Shown here piece by piece: positions 13,836 through 27,623 of a stretch of DNA of 64,000 nt; position 1 is the first letter of the stretch; every line of letters begins with the position of its first letter. A model generated the notes under the pieces. That model searched no databases. It was not told the origin of the DNA and worked only from the letters and a program-made list of their open reading frames with translations. The DNA lies in the NCBI GenBank assembly GCA_964016885.1, contig OZ024742.1:357368001-357432000 (forward strand). The letters are read 5' to 3'. The DNA comes from Eledone cirrhosa (lineage: Eukaryota). The translations under genes were made by a program, and so were the position numbers.

Positions 13836-13880
13836 AGTCACTGAAGAGGTCACAGAGTGTGTGACGAAAGAACTATGACT
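13836..13880 (+). ncRNA. Minimal hammerhead (family B)
   Basis: AGTCA-CTGAAGA-gGTCACA gagtg TGTGAC-GAAA-GAAC-TA-TGACT. Confidence 0.78.
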
Positions 13881-14215
13881 ATATATATATAAACAACTAT
13901 CTGGTTGTGGAACCAACCAACCAACCAGAAATTTATAAATTTGTAAATTTATAAATATTTAATAAATTAAATTGAAGTGAAAGCACCTGGTGCGTGTGTT
14001 TCTTATTGGCAACATGACCCTCCCAAAGTATAACAATATCGGTTTCAACACACGATTTCAGATAAAGAATCTTGCTAAACAAATTCAGAAACGAAATATA
14101 TATATACACATATATATATGTATATATATATACACGCACACACATATATATACACACACACATATATATACACACACACACACATACACATGCATATGTA
14201 TAAATATCTATACAT

Positions 14216-14288
<73 letters not shown>

Positions 14289-14334
14289 TACATATACAAA
14301 TATACACAGACATATAACGCATATATACACACAC

Positions 14335-14456
<122 letters not shown>

Positions 14457-14686
14457 ATACACACACACACGCGCATACACACATACACACACACACACAC
14501 AAATATATATACACACTCTCTCTCTCACGCACATATATATACACATACATACACACACATACATACATACACACATACACATACACAGACACATATATAT
14601 ACATATATATGCACATATATACACACATACACACACACATATATATATATATATACATACATATACATATACACATATACATATAT

Positions 14687-15934
14687 ATCATCATCATCAT
14701 CATCATCAACGTTTAACGTCCGTGTTCCACGCTTGCATGGGTTTGGACGGGGGTAGTCCCACTTGAGGCAAGAGTGATTATCTTGCTCGCATAGGACTGT
14801 CTGGCAGGTTTTCTACAGTTGGATGCCCTTCCTAACACCAACAACATTTACAGTGTGGGTCTGGGAGGTTTTTACCGTGTTGCCTACACGGCCACATTAC
14901 AGCGTGGACTGTGTGTTTTTTTGTCGTGACACCTACACGATCTCATTTGTTTCGGCCTGGATGGCGCGGCACCAACATAACTTTACATAGAACGGGGTGG
15001 TGTGGATCGGGTGGGGGTGGTGGCGGGACGGGGTGTATTTTGTTAGAGATGCCTACTGGCAAGGCGGGTCTTCTCTGTTACTGAGTACCGCCAAAGGTCT
15101 CGGTCCAGTGACATTGTCTTGGAGAGGTGTAAGTGTGTGAGGTCGGAGTTTATCAGCTCATCCCATGTTTTTCTAGGTCTGCCTATTCCGTGGCTACCGT
15201 CTATCTTTATTGCCCCGCACTTTGTTATACAGCTATCGACTTTCATGCGCATCACGTGTCCATACCAACGCAGCCTTCTCTCGAGTAAACAACATCTGAT
15301 CCTTCTTATCTCTAATTTTTTCCTTAGTTCGTTTATGCTTTGCCGTTCACGTATATTACTGTTACACATCCAGCGGAGCATGCAAGCTTCGTTCCTCTCT
15401 AGTCTGCGTATATCCTCTGCACACAATGCCCAGGTCTCAATACCATGCAACATTGCTGTTCGTATGCAGGCATCGTACAACCTGCCTTTCATTTTTAGGG
15501 AGAACCCTTTAGCAGCTAATAGTGGTATAAGCTCTCTGAACTTTTTCCAACCAGTTCTGACTCTAGCTACAGTACTTTCAGAGCACCCTCCCCCACTGCT
15601 GATTTTATCGCCCAGGTAACGGAAGCTGTCCACTATTTCTATAGAACCCTCGGCGCAATTGAAAGAGCTAGTATTTTGTGGGCACTTGCTGCTACTTATT
15701 GCACCAGAGCACCGGCCACATGTAAAATCTATGTTCTTAGTTAGCTTACCTGTGATCCCACTACATCTTTTATGCACCCATACTTTGCATTTAGGACATA
15801 AAATGGAGTTTCTACCTACGCCTTTCCTACACACCGAGCACGACCATTTCCCAGAAGGGACCGCCGCCTTGTTTTCTTTCCTACAAACTAGAACTTTGGT
15901 CTTAGCCAGGTTAATTTTAAGTCCTTTTGACTCT
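14687..15934 (-). mobile_element. RTE-clade LINE 3' part with PHD finger, 3' UTR and (ATG)n tail
   Basis: [10 protein letters not shown]-[CSVC...[12 protein letters not shown]...CGRC]-FRYLG...[11 protein letters not shown]...GRPRKTW. Confidence 0.93.
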
Positions 15935-16072
15935 AATATATATATATATATACATATATACATATATATACACACACATACATACACATATATATATATA
16001 TATACATATATACATACAAATACACACACTCACTCATATATATATATATATATACACACCTGCCCACACAAC

Positions 16073-16134
<62 letters not shown>

Positions 16135-16403
16135 GGCACACGCACACACATACATACATACACACACACACATACATATACATATATATATATATATATA
16201 CACACACATATATACACACATACATACATATACACACATACATATATATATATACATACATATATATACATATATATACACATACATATATATATATATA
16301 CACATATACACACATATACATACACACATACACATACATATACATAAACATACATACATACATACACATACATACATACATACATACATACACATACATA
16401 CAC

Positions 16404-16435
<32 letters not shown>

Positions 16436-16686
16436 ATACATACATATACACAAGCATATACATACATATACATACATAAATATACACACATAAAACACAT
16501 ATACACACAAACATATATATATACACATATATAAATATATATATATACACACACACATACACATATACACACATACAAACAAATATATACACATACAAGT
16601 AAATAGGTACTCAATAAATATACGCATATACGCAGGCACATAAAGACACCTCTACAGGCAGAAAATGTAGATACGAAAGAGGTACT

Positions 16687-16733
<47 letters not shown>

Positions 16734-16734
16734 G

Positions 16735-16766
<32 letters not shown>

Positions 16767-16796
16767 CATGTGTGTGTGTGTATGTATATATGTGTA

Positions 16797-16827
<31 letters not shown>

Positions 16828-16932
16828 GTGTATATGTATATGTATATATATATATGTATACGTATGTGTGTGTATATATGTATGTGTATGTATGTATGTG
16901 TGTATGTGTGTATATATATATATATATGTATG

Positions 16933-16979
<47 letters not shown>

Positions 16980-17156
16980 ATATATATATATGTATGTATA
17001 TATATATATATATATTTGTGTATGTATATATGTCTATGTGTATTTGTGTGTATATACATGTATATTCGTGTTTGTATGTATGCGTGTGAGTGTATTTATT
17101 TGTGTATATATATATGTGCGTGTGTGTGTATGTATGTGTATGTGTGTGTGTGTATT

Positions 17157-17217
<61 letters not shown>

Positions 17218-17230
17218 ATATATGTGTATA

Positions 17231-17269
<39 letters not shown>

Positions 17270-17904
17270 TATATATGTACGTGTGTATTTATGTCTGTAT
17301 GTACGTGTGTGTACATAAATATATATTTATATATTTTTATATATATGTGTGTGTGTTTTTATGTGTGTATATGTGTTTGTGTGTGTGTTTATGGTTGCGC
17401 GTAAGTGTGTGAGTGAGTATGTGTTTTTTTGTTTTTTTGTGAATGTGTCTGTTGATTTTTGGCATATAGTTGATTAGTTTAAGAGAAGTTCGAAGATAAT
17501 AGTAAGATATGCACTCAGTATTTTGAATCTGTCTGCAGAATTCTCTAGACCAGTGTCACTTAGTAGAACCTTAATGACTTTAGCTTTTAAAGAATCTCCC
17601 TTTTCTTTAATTCTATCGACTATGACTGACCCCCCACTGATTTTATAGACATCTGTTAGCTTAAGAGAAACTTATTGACAAGGAATGGTAGGCCATCCGG
17701 AACCTGTTTATAGAATTCTGTCTGCCCTTGTTACTCTAAAAACATAAATAAATAAAAATAAAATAAAAATAAACTATAGCTTTGTAGAATTAGCTTTTAA
17801 TGAATTCCCTTTTCTATCAACCAATGACCTGCACCCATCCCACTCCCCACCCTCTCCTACCACTTGTAGAGACCTATAAATACCATATTTATTTTTTGAT
17901 ACCC

Positions 17905-17955
17905 AGATTCCTGATGATTTCTAATGAATGAAACAGTTCTAGTCCTGTAGAATCT
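17905..17955 (+). ncRNA. Hammerhead ribozyme (family A)
   Basis: Same as 6423-6473. Confidence 0.8.
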
Positions 17956-18215
17956 CATCTATATTAAAACTGTTATACTCTGCTATGTATTGAGTACCTT
18001 ACTTACTGTGGTTACCTCCGATTCAACCCGGAATAACGAATATATATATACATACACACATACATACACATATACACACACACACATATACACACACACA
18101 TACAATAATAACAATAATAATAATAATAATAACAACAATAATAATAACGACAACAACAATAATAATATACATATACATATATATATACACATACACGCAC
18201 ACACATAAGCATATC

Positions 18216-18258
<43 letters not shown>

Positions 18259-18261
18259 CAA

Positions 18262-20550
18262 CTAACAGCGCTGCGATCGAATGTGGCTTTTTAGCCCAGC
18301 CAATGATCTAAAATGTCTTGCACAGAGTCGGCAACCAAAACATTCACTGGGAATAGTCGGCCGTGTTTGGAGTTCGTGTACTTTTGCATGTCGCTTGAGC
18401 CCTCCTCCTGATTTACATTCTCTACCACATGTTTGGCAAGCATGATGAGTAGCACTCCAACAGCAGCCTGGTAGTCAACCACTGGTCTTACTTTATGACT
18501 GCGAAGATGACTTTGGAGTCCAGCTTTGCTTAGGCAGAGTCTCGCACAGACGCTGCATGTCAACACCATGGGAGGACCCTCGCCGTCTGGAAGTGCAACA
18601 GCAATGCCCTTCCTCACATCCCGCTTTACTTTCTCGTATGCGATTCGAGATGCCTCAAAGGCAACTTTTCCCTCATATACAGTCTTTCTCCATTTATTAC
18701 GATCAGCAGCAATATTTTCCCATGTATCAGCAGAGATGTTAGCGTCTTTCAGAGAGGCTTTCAAGGACTCCTTATACCTCTTTTTGGGTTTATGTGGCGG
18801 TCGTTTTCCTTTAACCAACTCTCCATAAAAGAGTTGTTTTGGTATTCTAGAATCCTTCATCCTGGCAAGGTGACCACTCCAACGGAGTCGTTGCTTAAGC
18901 ACAAGAGCTTCTATACTGTCACACATAGAGCTTTCCAAAATCTCGACATCACTGATGTGGTCCCTCCAGTGAACGCCATGGATCCGTCTGAGACACATCT
19001 GATGGAAACGCTCCAATTACTTAAGGTGGTGTCGATATGTGATACAGGTCTCGCAGGCATAAAGAAGACAAGAGAGCACACATGCCCTGTACACCTTTAT
19101 CTTTGTCCTCCTGCATATGTCTCGCCGACCCCAGAGTCGCCTTTCTGGCTTTCCGAAAGCATCACTTGCTTTCCTAATCCTAAGTGAGATTTCTCTGTCA
19201 AGGTTGCTGTATCGATTGACAGTGCTTCCCAGGTAGACAAACTGATCAACCACTCCAAGTCGTTTGCCATACACATAGATGTTTGGTTCAGTGTACTGCT
19301 TACCAGGGGCAGGTTGGTACATGACGATGGTTTTCTTGAGACTAACAGTCAATACTAGGGCAGTGCAAGCGTCAGAAAATGCATTCAAAATGTGCTGCAT
19401 ATCACTCTATGTGTGCGCTACAAGATCACAATCATCTGCATACAAGAGGTCTCTTATGATTGATGTAAATACTTTTGTCTTCGCAGCAAAGCGCCTGATG
19501 TTAAATATGCTGCCTGAGGTTCGATATCGGATGTTAACACCATGCTCGCAATTCCTGAATGCAATACAGAAAACCATTGCAAAGTATATGGCAAACAGGG
19601 TTGGTTCTGGAATATCCCCCTGTTTCACTCCATTTTTTACTGAGATAGGCTCCGACATGTTACCTCCGACATTAACCCAAGCCTTCATGTCGTCATGGAA
19701 AGACCTAACTAAAGCAAGGAACTTATGAGGGCAACCAAGTTTCTGGAGAACCTTCCATAATGCATCTCTGTTAACAGTATCGAAAGCTTTTGTCAGATCG
19801 ACAAAAACCTGATACAGATCCAAGCCTTGTTCCATGCATTTCTCCTGGAGCTGTCTAGCTGAGAAGATTATATCAGTAGTGCCGCGTCGAGCACGAAAAC
19901 CAGATTGACTTTCAGGAAGAACACAATCTGCAATGTGTGTCAGCACCCTACATAAAACTTTCCCTACGACAGAAAGCAATGATATACCTCTGTAGTTCCC
20001 ACAATCATTCCTGTTACCCTTTCCCTTGTACAAGACCACCATTACTGCATCTCTCCAGTCCTCAGGTACGGATTCATTAGCCCATATCCTGCCAAACAAA
20101 GAGTGAAGATGTTGCAGAATCTCTCACCACCATATTGTAGGAGCTCAGCATGTATGCCATCCATACCTGGAGATCTTCCACTGTTCAGCTTCTAAATAGC
20201 CACTGCAACCTCCACAAGCGTCGGAGGTTCTGCGAGAGTTACTTTCACAGGACTTTCTGGAATGAGATTGAGGAAATCTTCACTGACGACAGACGGCTGA
20301 TTCAAAAGATCATCAAAGTGCTCTCGCCACCTTCGTAGAATTCCTTGTGAGTCACGAAGAAGTTCTTTGCCATCCTTGCTGCGAAGCGGTGTCACCAGAG
20401 AATAAGACGGTCCATAAACCTCACGCAAGAGACTGTACAACAGCTTTGTGTTATTGGAATCTGACGCAGTTTGTATCTCACCAGCCTTCTCACTCCACCA
20501 CTGATCCTTCATCTGAGAAAGACTCCGCCTAACACGTGATTTTACATCCC
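18262..20550 (-). mobile_element. RTE/BovB-like LINE ORF (disrupted) with three C-terminal zinc fingers
   Basis: NYRGISLLS, FVDLTKAFD, GVKQG, LYADD, YLGS, RLRWSGH; stops and frameshifts present. Confidence 0.93.
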
Positions 20551-20613
20551 TGAGTTATGAACCAATTAACATTTTGGAAATCAATGATGGGTTAATAATC
20601 TTCCAATAGCGAA

Positions 20614-23600
20614 TTTAGTAGACCAAAGTTGCAAGGTAATGGCCCTGATGCCGCTGAGTGTCAGATCTGTCCGCCAAGGGTGACCCTACCAGTTTTCCAG
20701 ATGGCATGGCTCCAACACCTGCACCAACATCTATAGCACCTCTTTGTAGACGATATTGCGTATCATCCCTTGAGGAGTGTAAGCAAAAAGTCCATTCCTG
20801 CTCCCTACGCGGGATCAGGCAACATAAAGTTGGCCATGGGAGAAGCATGGCTGCCCCAAATGGATGCCCGCCACCGACAATGTTTGCCCTTGTGACTTGT
20901 TAATGGACATGGCAAAACATGGTCTCACCAGGAATTGGGATCGCTGGAAATCGAACGGGATATCTGACTCCGAGGGGAAAAGGTTCATCCTTGGAATGAA
21001 AACATTCTCCTCTCTCCTGCACCCCGTTACAATGGTGGATTCAATCAAGTGGGGCGTCAGTAACTTGACGACCATGCGAGTACCGTTGCACTGCTTTGGT
21101 GGATGCAAGTTCCTTATTAGCATAATGGGACATTCAACTCTAAGTATAAGAATGTGAGGTGGGAGCCCTGGGGGCTCAAGGGAATTTAATAATTCAACCG
21201 GATAATTAACGATATGGTCGGGGTCTGACATCCGGTCGATAGATTTGAAGATGTGCTCTTTACCGGGAATCTTCTCAATCAGCTGCTCGTTAATAAAATT
21301 AACCATGGTATTTTTCGGAGCAAGGATGTCCCTTTCGCTGAGCTAATCGAGGTTTTTTAAAGTTAGATGAGACATTAGGAAAAACTGCTTCCCAAAGGTC
21401 AGAAGGGCTGCTCACAATGTTGCACAGGGAGTCGATTGCTATGCTGCCCTTGTCATCCGCAGGGACCTTGCCCTCACCAAGTGCTAAAATGTTCTGAGCA
21501 AATGCTGCAGACATGTTGTCACCATGCAAATGAGCACGCATTTTTGTGCTGAGGTACAAACTCTTCACCTGGAGCCACAACATGGACGACTTAAGGCAGG
21601 CACGCACTTCATCAGCTCTTGTCGCTTTCGGGATGACAAACAATGTTTGCCGAAAATCCCCTGATAGCAGAAGGGTTACACCACCCATTGGAGCTGTAGA
21701 ATGCCTAATGTCTTTCAGGGTCCTGTCCAATGCCTCAAGGGCACCCTTGTGTGCCATTGTGCACTCATCCTAAACAATGAGGCAACATTTTTTGAGAACC
21801 AGAGCTTTGTGTGAACTCTTGCTGATATTGCATGCTGGTGTCTCAGTTTTTACTAAACCCAAGGGGAGTTTAAAGGTTAAATGTGCTGTCCTGCCTCCCG
21901 GCAGCAAAGTAGCAGCGATCCCGGACGATGCAACGGCTAACGCAATTTTTTTCTCCTGACGAATCTTAGCGAGAATCAAATTCGTTACAAAAGTTTTTCC
22001 GGAACCCCCAGGAGCATCGAAAAAGTAAATACCCTCAGTCTGATTTTGAACTGCGTCTATGATAGTTAAATAGGTCAACCTTTGGTCCAACAGAAGTTTG
22101 GGCTCATTTTCCTCTAAGTATTGGGAAAGAGATTCGATGTCAAATGCTGTTTCCTGCAACAAATCCGGGGCCAACGTGTTAGCTTCCTCTCTGGCGGCTG
22201 ACGGCAAGCCATACGTCGCCAATTCACTCCCACTCATGTCGAGGAGGGCGTCCTCGATATCAATGAGTGCCCTGTTGTAGATAATGTCGCTGTAACCAAC
22301 TTCCACTGAAGTATACTGCAGATGAGCCAGGCGCAGGAAGTCCTCAGACATGAAGTCTCTGTACTTTTCCCATAAAGATTTGGGATCACCCAATTCACAC
22401 TTTTGAAGCAAGATGGCAAAGAGTTCCCGTAGACCTTTAGGTGATTTCAACAAAGCACGCTCTGCTAAAGTGGAATCTCATTGCGAATCATCCTCCAAAA
22501 GACCACGCTTAAAACAACTTCCCGGTATGTATCACATATTTCTCCATCAACAGTTTTGAGGTCCTGAAAACTTTGTGGGCCTACAACTTCAGGCAGAAGA
22601 AGGCGGAGATGAAAGCACTCATGCTGACTTGGGGGCACAGTGTAAACCCTTCCAAGACAGCTGTCAAATTTTCAACAACCTGACCTGGCGTTCTTTGCAC
22701 CCAAGTGTTCGACCATATAAAGTAGGATGGAACCTGGGGACACACAATTGTTTGCGCAAATGTATCAAACTGGCAAAGTTTGAAGAAACCCATCAGAGTG
22801 GTCTCTTTCAGATCGGCGGCCAACTTGGCGGCAGTTTGGTCTGTAAAGTAAACCCATTGCCCATTTTCCAAATGTACCGCAAGCTGTACGATGGCGGGGT
22901 GCCGTTGGTGTAGGGGTAAACCAAATAGGCGTCAAAAAGCTTCATTGCTACTGATGTACCGCCCCGCCTGGTATTCTGTGACCTCGTCCTTGCTATTTTC
23001 AGCTTGAAATGCAAATATTACAGCATCAGAGCCCTTATTTACATATTTGCATATGTATTTTATCGACTTGACGGAGTTGCAAAACTCAATGTTGATGTGG
23101 GCGTTGAACATCTTCAAAAGAAGTGGGCAGTAAGGGACCACCCATCTATTGTCGACTTGACCTCCCCTTACTGTTGCGGTGAAGCCACCGCTCTCGGACC
23201 GTCTCCGCCTGTACAGGGGGTACCCGTCGCAACCAGTCTGAGTCTGGTCAACAAATTTTTGGGGGTATCCCTTACTGCACAACCGTCCTTTCAGACACGT
23301 GTGATGCTCATTGGGACCCAACGCACACGGACCATGTTAGCTTTGACGATGTCATGTAATTCCTGGTCAGTTGCTGGGTTAGGAATTTCAGACGAAATGA
23401 AGCTGTCTATGGCATTTGAATTGATTTTATCAGCTAACCAAATCAAAACGTGAGCATGTGGCAGCCCTTGTTTTTGCCATTCGACGGTGAACATGTCACA
23501 TTTTACAGCCCCAAATACCTGACCCTTTTTTCATTAAAGCCATGAGTTTAGCCAGTTTCAATCTGAACACTCTGGCAATGAGGTCATGTCTGTTCGAATA

Positions 23601-24111
23601 ATTTTTCCCAGGAAAACGTTCACGGGTTACATTCCGATTCATATGTCTATAGTATTAATCTGTTATATGAAGTGTTATTTTGCGGGTTGTTATTTGCAAT
23701 AAGACGATTGAAAATGCCCCAGATAAGCCGTATGTCAATACGGAACGCTCCACTGCAGTGTTGTCATATAGGGAGTGAAGAGCGACAGAGAGAGTAAATC
23801 AGTTAAATTATAGACAGAGGGAATATACGGAACGCTCCATTTGATCATAAACATTGTTTCTCTATCTGCACTGTTGTCATATAGGGAGTGAAGAGCGACT
23901 GAGAGAGTAAAGCAGTTAAATTATAGAGAGGGGGAATGATCATGATCGACTTTTGCCCTTATTGTTGATGGATTTGAAATTTCTTTTCTTCATGACCTTT
24001 TCCTGACCAAAAGCAATAATTGTCCCAACTTTGAATAGAATCCGTTGGAAATTGTGGACGTGCATCCATTACAAACCTTAACACACACATCCTTAGCTTT
24101 ATATATATAGA
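20614..24111 (-). mobile_element. Helitron (internally deleted, disrupted RepHel)
   Basis: 5' TCTATATATATAAAG at 24111; Rep HUH motif EWQKQGLPHAH; PIF1 helicase motifs APGGSGKT, GDFRQ, LCNGTR-like, INKSQGQT, FSHGQLYVA; degenerate hairpin plus CTAA 3' end; internal ~90 bp duplication at 23738-23937. Confidence 0.93.
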
Positions 24112-25769
24112 TATATATCTCAGGAAGCATTCAGTTCATTATACTCTTATAAATATATTGTCCTGGGTCCTTATAAGAAATTATTATTATTCAACAAAAG
24201 TCTCCTTATTTTTTCCTCAGCTAATTAAATTTCCAAATTAATTGGAGCTGTTTATTAAATCAAGAAAAAAATAAATGATAATTAGCGGGAGTATTATAGT
24301 ACCTTCTAATTTCACTTCGTTATAGACTTTTTTCTTTTTCTTAATTATTGTATAATTTGGACATGTTCTGAAAGTTATGTGACAACATGTTTGATCAGAA
24401 GAATGTTCCAGAGAGAGTTGAATAGGTTCAATTGAGGAATGAGGTAGTTTGATGTTTTTGTCTCTTGTAGTGTGTATGTATGTGGGTATGTCTGTGTGTA
24501 TGTGTGTGGTGTAAAAGAGAGGGGGAGGGCAAGAGGAGGAGAGAGATAAAAAGAGAGAAAGAGGAATGAGACAGTGACAGAGAAGAGAATAGAGTGAGAG
24601 AGATTACATGTGTGTATGTGAGGAGGGAGAGAGAAAGAGGGAGAAAGAAAGATAGTAGAATGTGGTATTCATTGTTTAGGCTGCAAGTTGGTAAATGAAG
24701 GGATTTAATGGAAAATGTGGGAAGTGGAACTACAAAAGGAGGATTGAGAAGGTCAGATGTCTAGGGCAGGACTTGAATGAAGGGGCAGGCAGGAAGAAGA
24801 GAAGGTCAGTTTTCTAGGGCAGGACGAAGGGACAAGATGTGAATAGCTAAAAACAAGCAGGAAGAAATGAAGTTAGTGGAAAACAAATAACACATACTGC
24901 CAGATACCTTTTGTTTAAATATTTAATTAAAATGTATTTCTAGAAATATTTTAGTTAATATAGATGTGAGATGTAGGAATAAAGAAAAGACCAGATAGAA
25001 ATGAGAAGAATGAGGAGCAAGGTGGATAAGGGGAGATGTTAAAAACCTTGTAACATTTCAGTTACACTTGGGTCCCCAATAATAGGGTGAGGGATAACTG
25101 GGGAGTTTATTTAAGTTGGAATACATGGGGTATTGAGAATAAGGGAGCAGTGGAACATCGGTAACTCTTCTTGGCTGTTTCCGTTGATTTTTTTAAAAAC
25201 CAGAATTAGTCATTTAGTTTACATATTGTGAACCCAAACCCTCCTATTTATTTTATAACGTATGTGATTTCTAGTAATGTACTTTTTTGTCATGTATAAT
25301 GTTTTTTAATGTAGAAAGAAAATTAATTGTTACAGAAATGTTACCACTTAAAATAGAATTTCGCCAAAGATAGCAAAATTTAATAAGTGGAGGATTGTAA
25401 TAAGAGAAGGGGTTTTGAAAAAAATGTATAAAATTAATAAGCGGGAGATGGGGACGATTATTCAAGACCTGAGAATATTAATTGTTAAATTATAGAAGAC
25501 TGACACTATATAGTGATGTATCCTTCATTGGTTTCAACTGTGAGCATCTAGAAGTTTGACTAACTGAGCATTTTACACAGTAAATTAAAGTAAAGTGTAA
25601 CAAAACCTCTCCACACTTACTGACTCCTAAACAACACAAGAGGCTGTTTTGCTTTATCTTGGGTTGGCACCATTAGTTTGGAGAAACTGGCCAACTTGAG
25701 GTTAAATGAGGTAAGACTTTCTTAAAGCCATTCTGCTCTCATTTCTTGGCCTTGCTCAAGCAGTAGAGA

Positions 25770-26045
25770 TATGTAGAGCTTAGAAAAAGAACACTCCAGC
25801 CCTCTTGACGGTTGGTACTTCAATAAAGGTTAATTCAATATATCTTGTCAGGCTACTATTACATTCACACAAACATAACACACAGTTCACTTGGTTCCCT
25901 GCTGCTTTCCTATTTTGTCAACAATAGATGAAAGGCAAAGTTAACCTCGGGGGGGGGGGGGGGGGGGGTGAACTCAGAATGGCAAGGGCCGTAACTCTAT
26001 GAGTCAAAACATGGCGTCCGACTCTCTACCAATACTGCCAATCCA
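25770..26045 (-). mobile_element. tRNA-derived SINE (Nin-domain-like family)
   Basis: TGGCAGTATTGG A box, GAGTTCA B box, CCGAGGTTAACTTTGCCTTTCATC. Confidence 0.75.
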
Positions 26046-26046
26046 G

Positions 26047-26145
26047 ATGTTATTTATTCATTTGTTATGTTATTTATAATGTTATTTATTCATCTGTTAT
26101 GTTATTTATAATGTTATTTATTCATTTGTTATGTTATTTATGTAT
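26047..26145. repeat. ~32 bp AT-rich tandem repeat, about 3 copies
   Basis: ATGTTATTTATTCATTTGTTATGTTATTTATA repeated. Confidence 0.8.
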
Positions 26146-27587
26146 TAAAACATATTTGCAACGATATTCTAGTGTAAATTATACAACTGTAATAAAAAAA
26201 ATCTTTTTAAGTAGAAAAAAAAATATGTTGGGGAAAACATTACTTTGTTTTATTTTATTGGTTATTCGTTAGCTTTTATATATTTCTACTGCATTTTACT
26301 GGCTTTTGGAAACTTGTTGGTCTTTTATTACGTTCTTATGTATCTATGCATACATATTTATATAAGTATATACACATATAAAGATGTGTAAATAGATGAA
26401 TTTGTCTTTTCCTTTTTGCCATGTCAATCTTCAATTGTCTTATCCTGTGGACTACTCCACGGTCTAAACATATATAATGTCTATTTGACTGTAATTTGAG
26501 CAATATTAGACAATTTGTCATGGTGTGTGTTATAAGTTATAAATTAGTCTTTGGTTACTGAACATTAATTAGGGGTCAGAATAATAGAAATATTATGAAC
26601 CGATATTAAGACAGATGAGCAGGTGAGAAAAGGTCAGCGGCTGAATAAGTAACACATGAAATGATGATTGATAGTTAGATAGAACAAGTGCCCTCAATTG
26701 TATTCATAAATTTTCCTTCGTTCATATTCAGAAGATATCTTTAACAAAGCTATTAGTATCACTTGGCACTGTAAATTAAATAATGTATGAATCTATGGCG
26801 GGCAGAAAGTTTTATTTATTTTTTAACAATAGCCAATCTATAGAATCTACTGAATATATTTCAGATGGTTGAATACATCATTAAATTGGCTGATATAGGT
26901 TATACAACTTTCGAAGTCCTGGTTTAAAAAAAAAAAAAAATGAATACTAATGAAATAATAAAATTTCAGTTATGTTTTTATAGACTATAATCACTTCTAT
27001 TTTAAACACAAAATTCACCCATTCAATATTTGTGAAGAAAGGGGAGAGAGAGAGAGAGAGAGAGAGAATGAATTGGAGAATAAGGAAAAGCAAGCAAAAA
27101 TAGAAAGCAAACCAGACAATTTACTAGCTGCTAAATCCACCCAGAATTGCCTACAAGACTTTGCACACTTAAAATTGATGAAACGAAAATAAATTTTTCA
27201 CCAATTTAGGAACATTGAAAACAAGAGTACTGACCAGTTACTAAATTTAGCAGTTATCATAGCATATTATCTTTCATTTAATATATTCTTAAAGATTCCA
27301 GTCTGAAATTTTCCGTCTTTGCTGAGATTATTTTGTATAGATGTTGAGATTGAAATCTCAGACACCAAATCACTGCAAGTATTAAATCACAGGCAAGGAA
27401 ACCTCTATCATGAAGTGGAATTTTGCCAAACATTCACATCAAAACAGTAATTTAATATAAGTTCCATACCTATGAACTTGTAAATGTAAAGATTTCTTTT
27501 ATCACAATATGAATATAACCCTAAAGGTTATTATGTATTCATTATTCCCCTCTAGCATTAAAAGGGTTCTTGTCCTTTGCATTAGAT

Positions 27588-27589
<2 letters not shown>

Positions 27590-27623
<34 letters not shown>

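Larger units (their letters stand above)
12040..14097 (+). mobile_element. Penelope-like element family B: inverted pLTR 12040-12327, ORF, pLTR
   Basis: 12040-12327 is the revcomp of 13752-14039; typical 5'-truncated PLE architecture. Confidence 0.92.

Noticed and set aside
20815-22453. Host PIF1 helicase gene
   Set aside because: Intronless, disrupted, linked to a HUH Rep and Helitron termini
25053-25477. Old MITE with imperfect TIRs
   Set aside because: Terminal match too weak to support without a consensus
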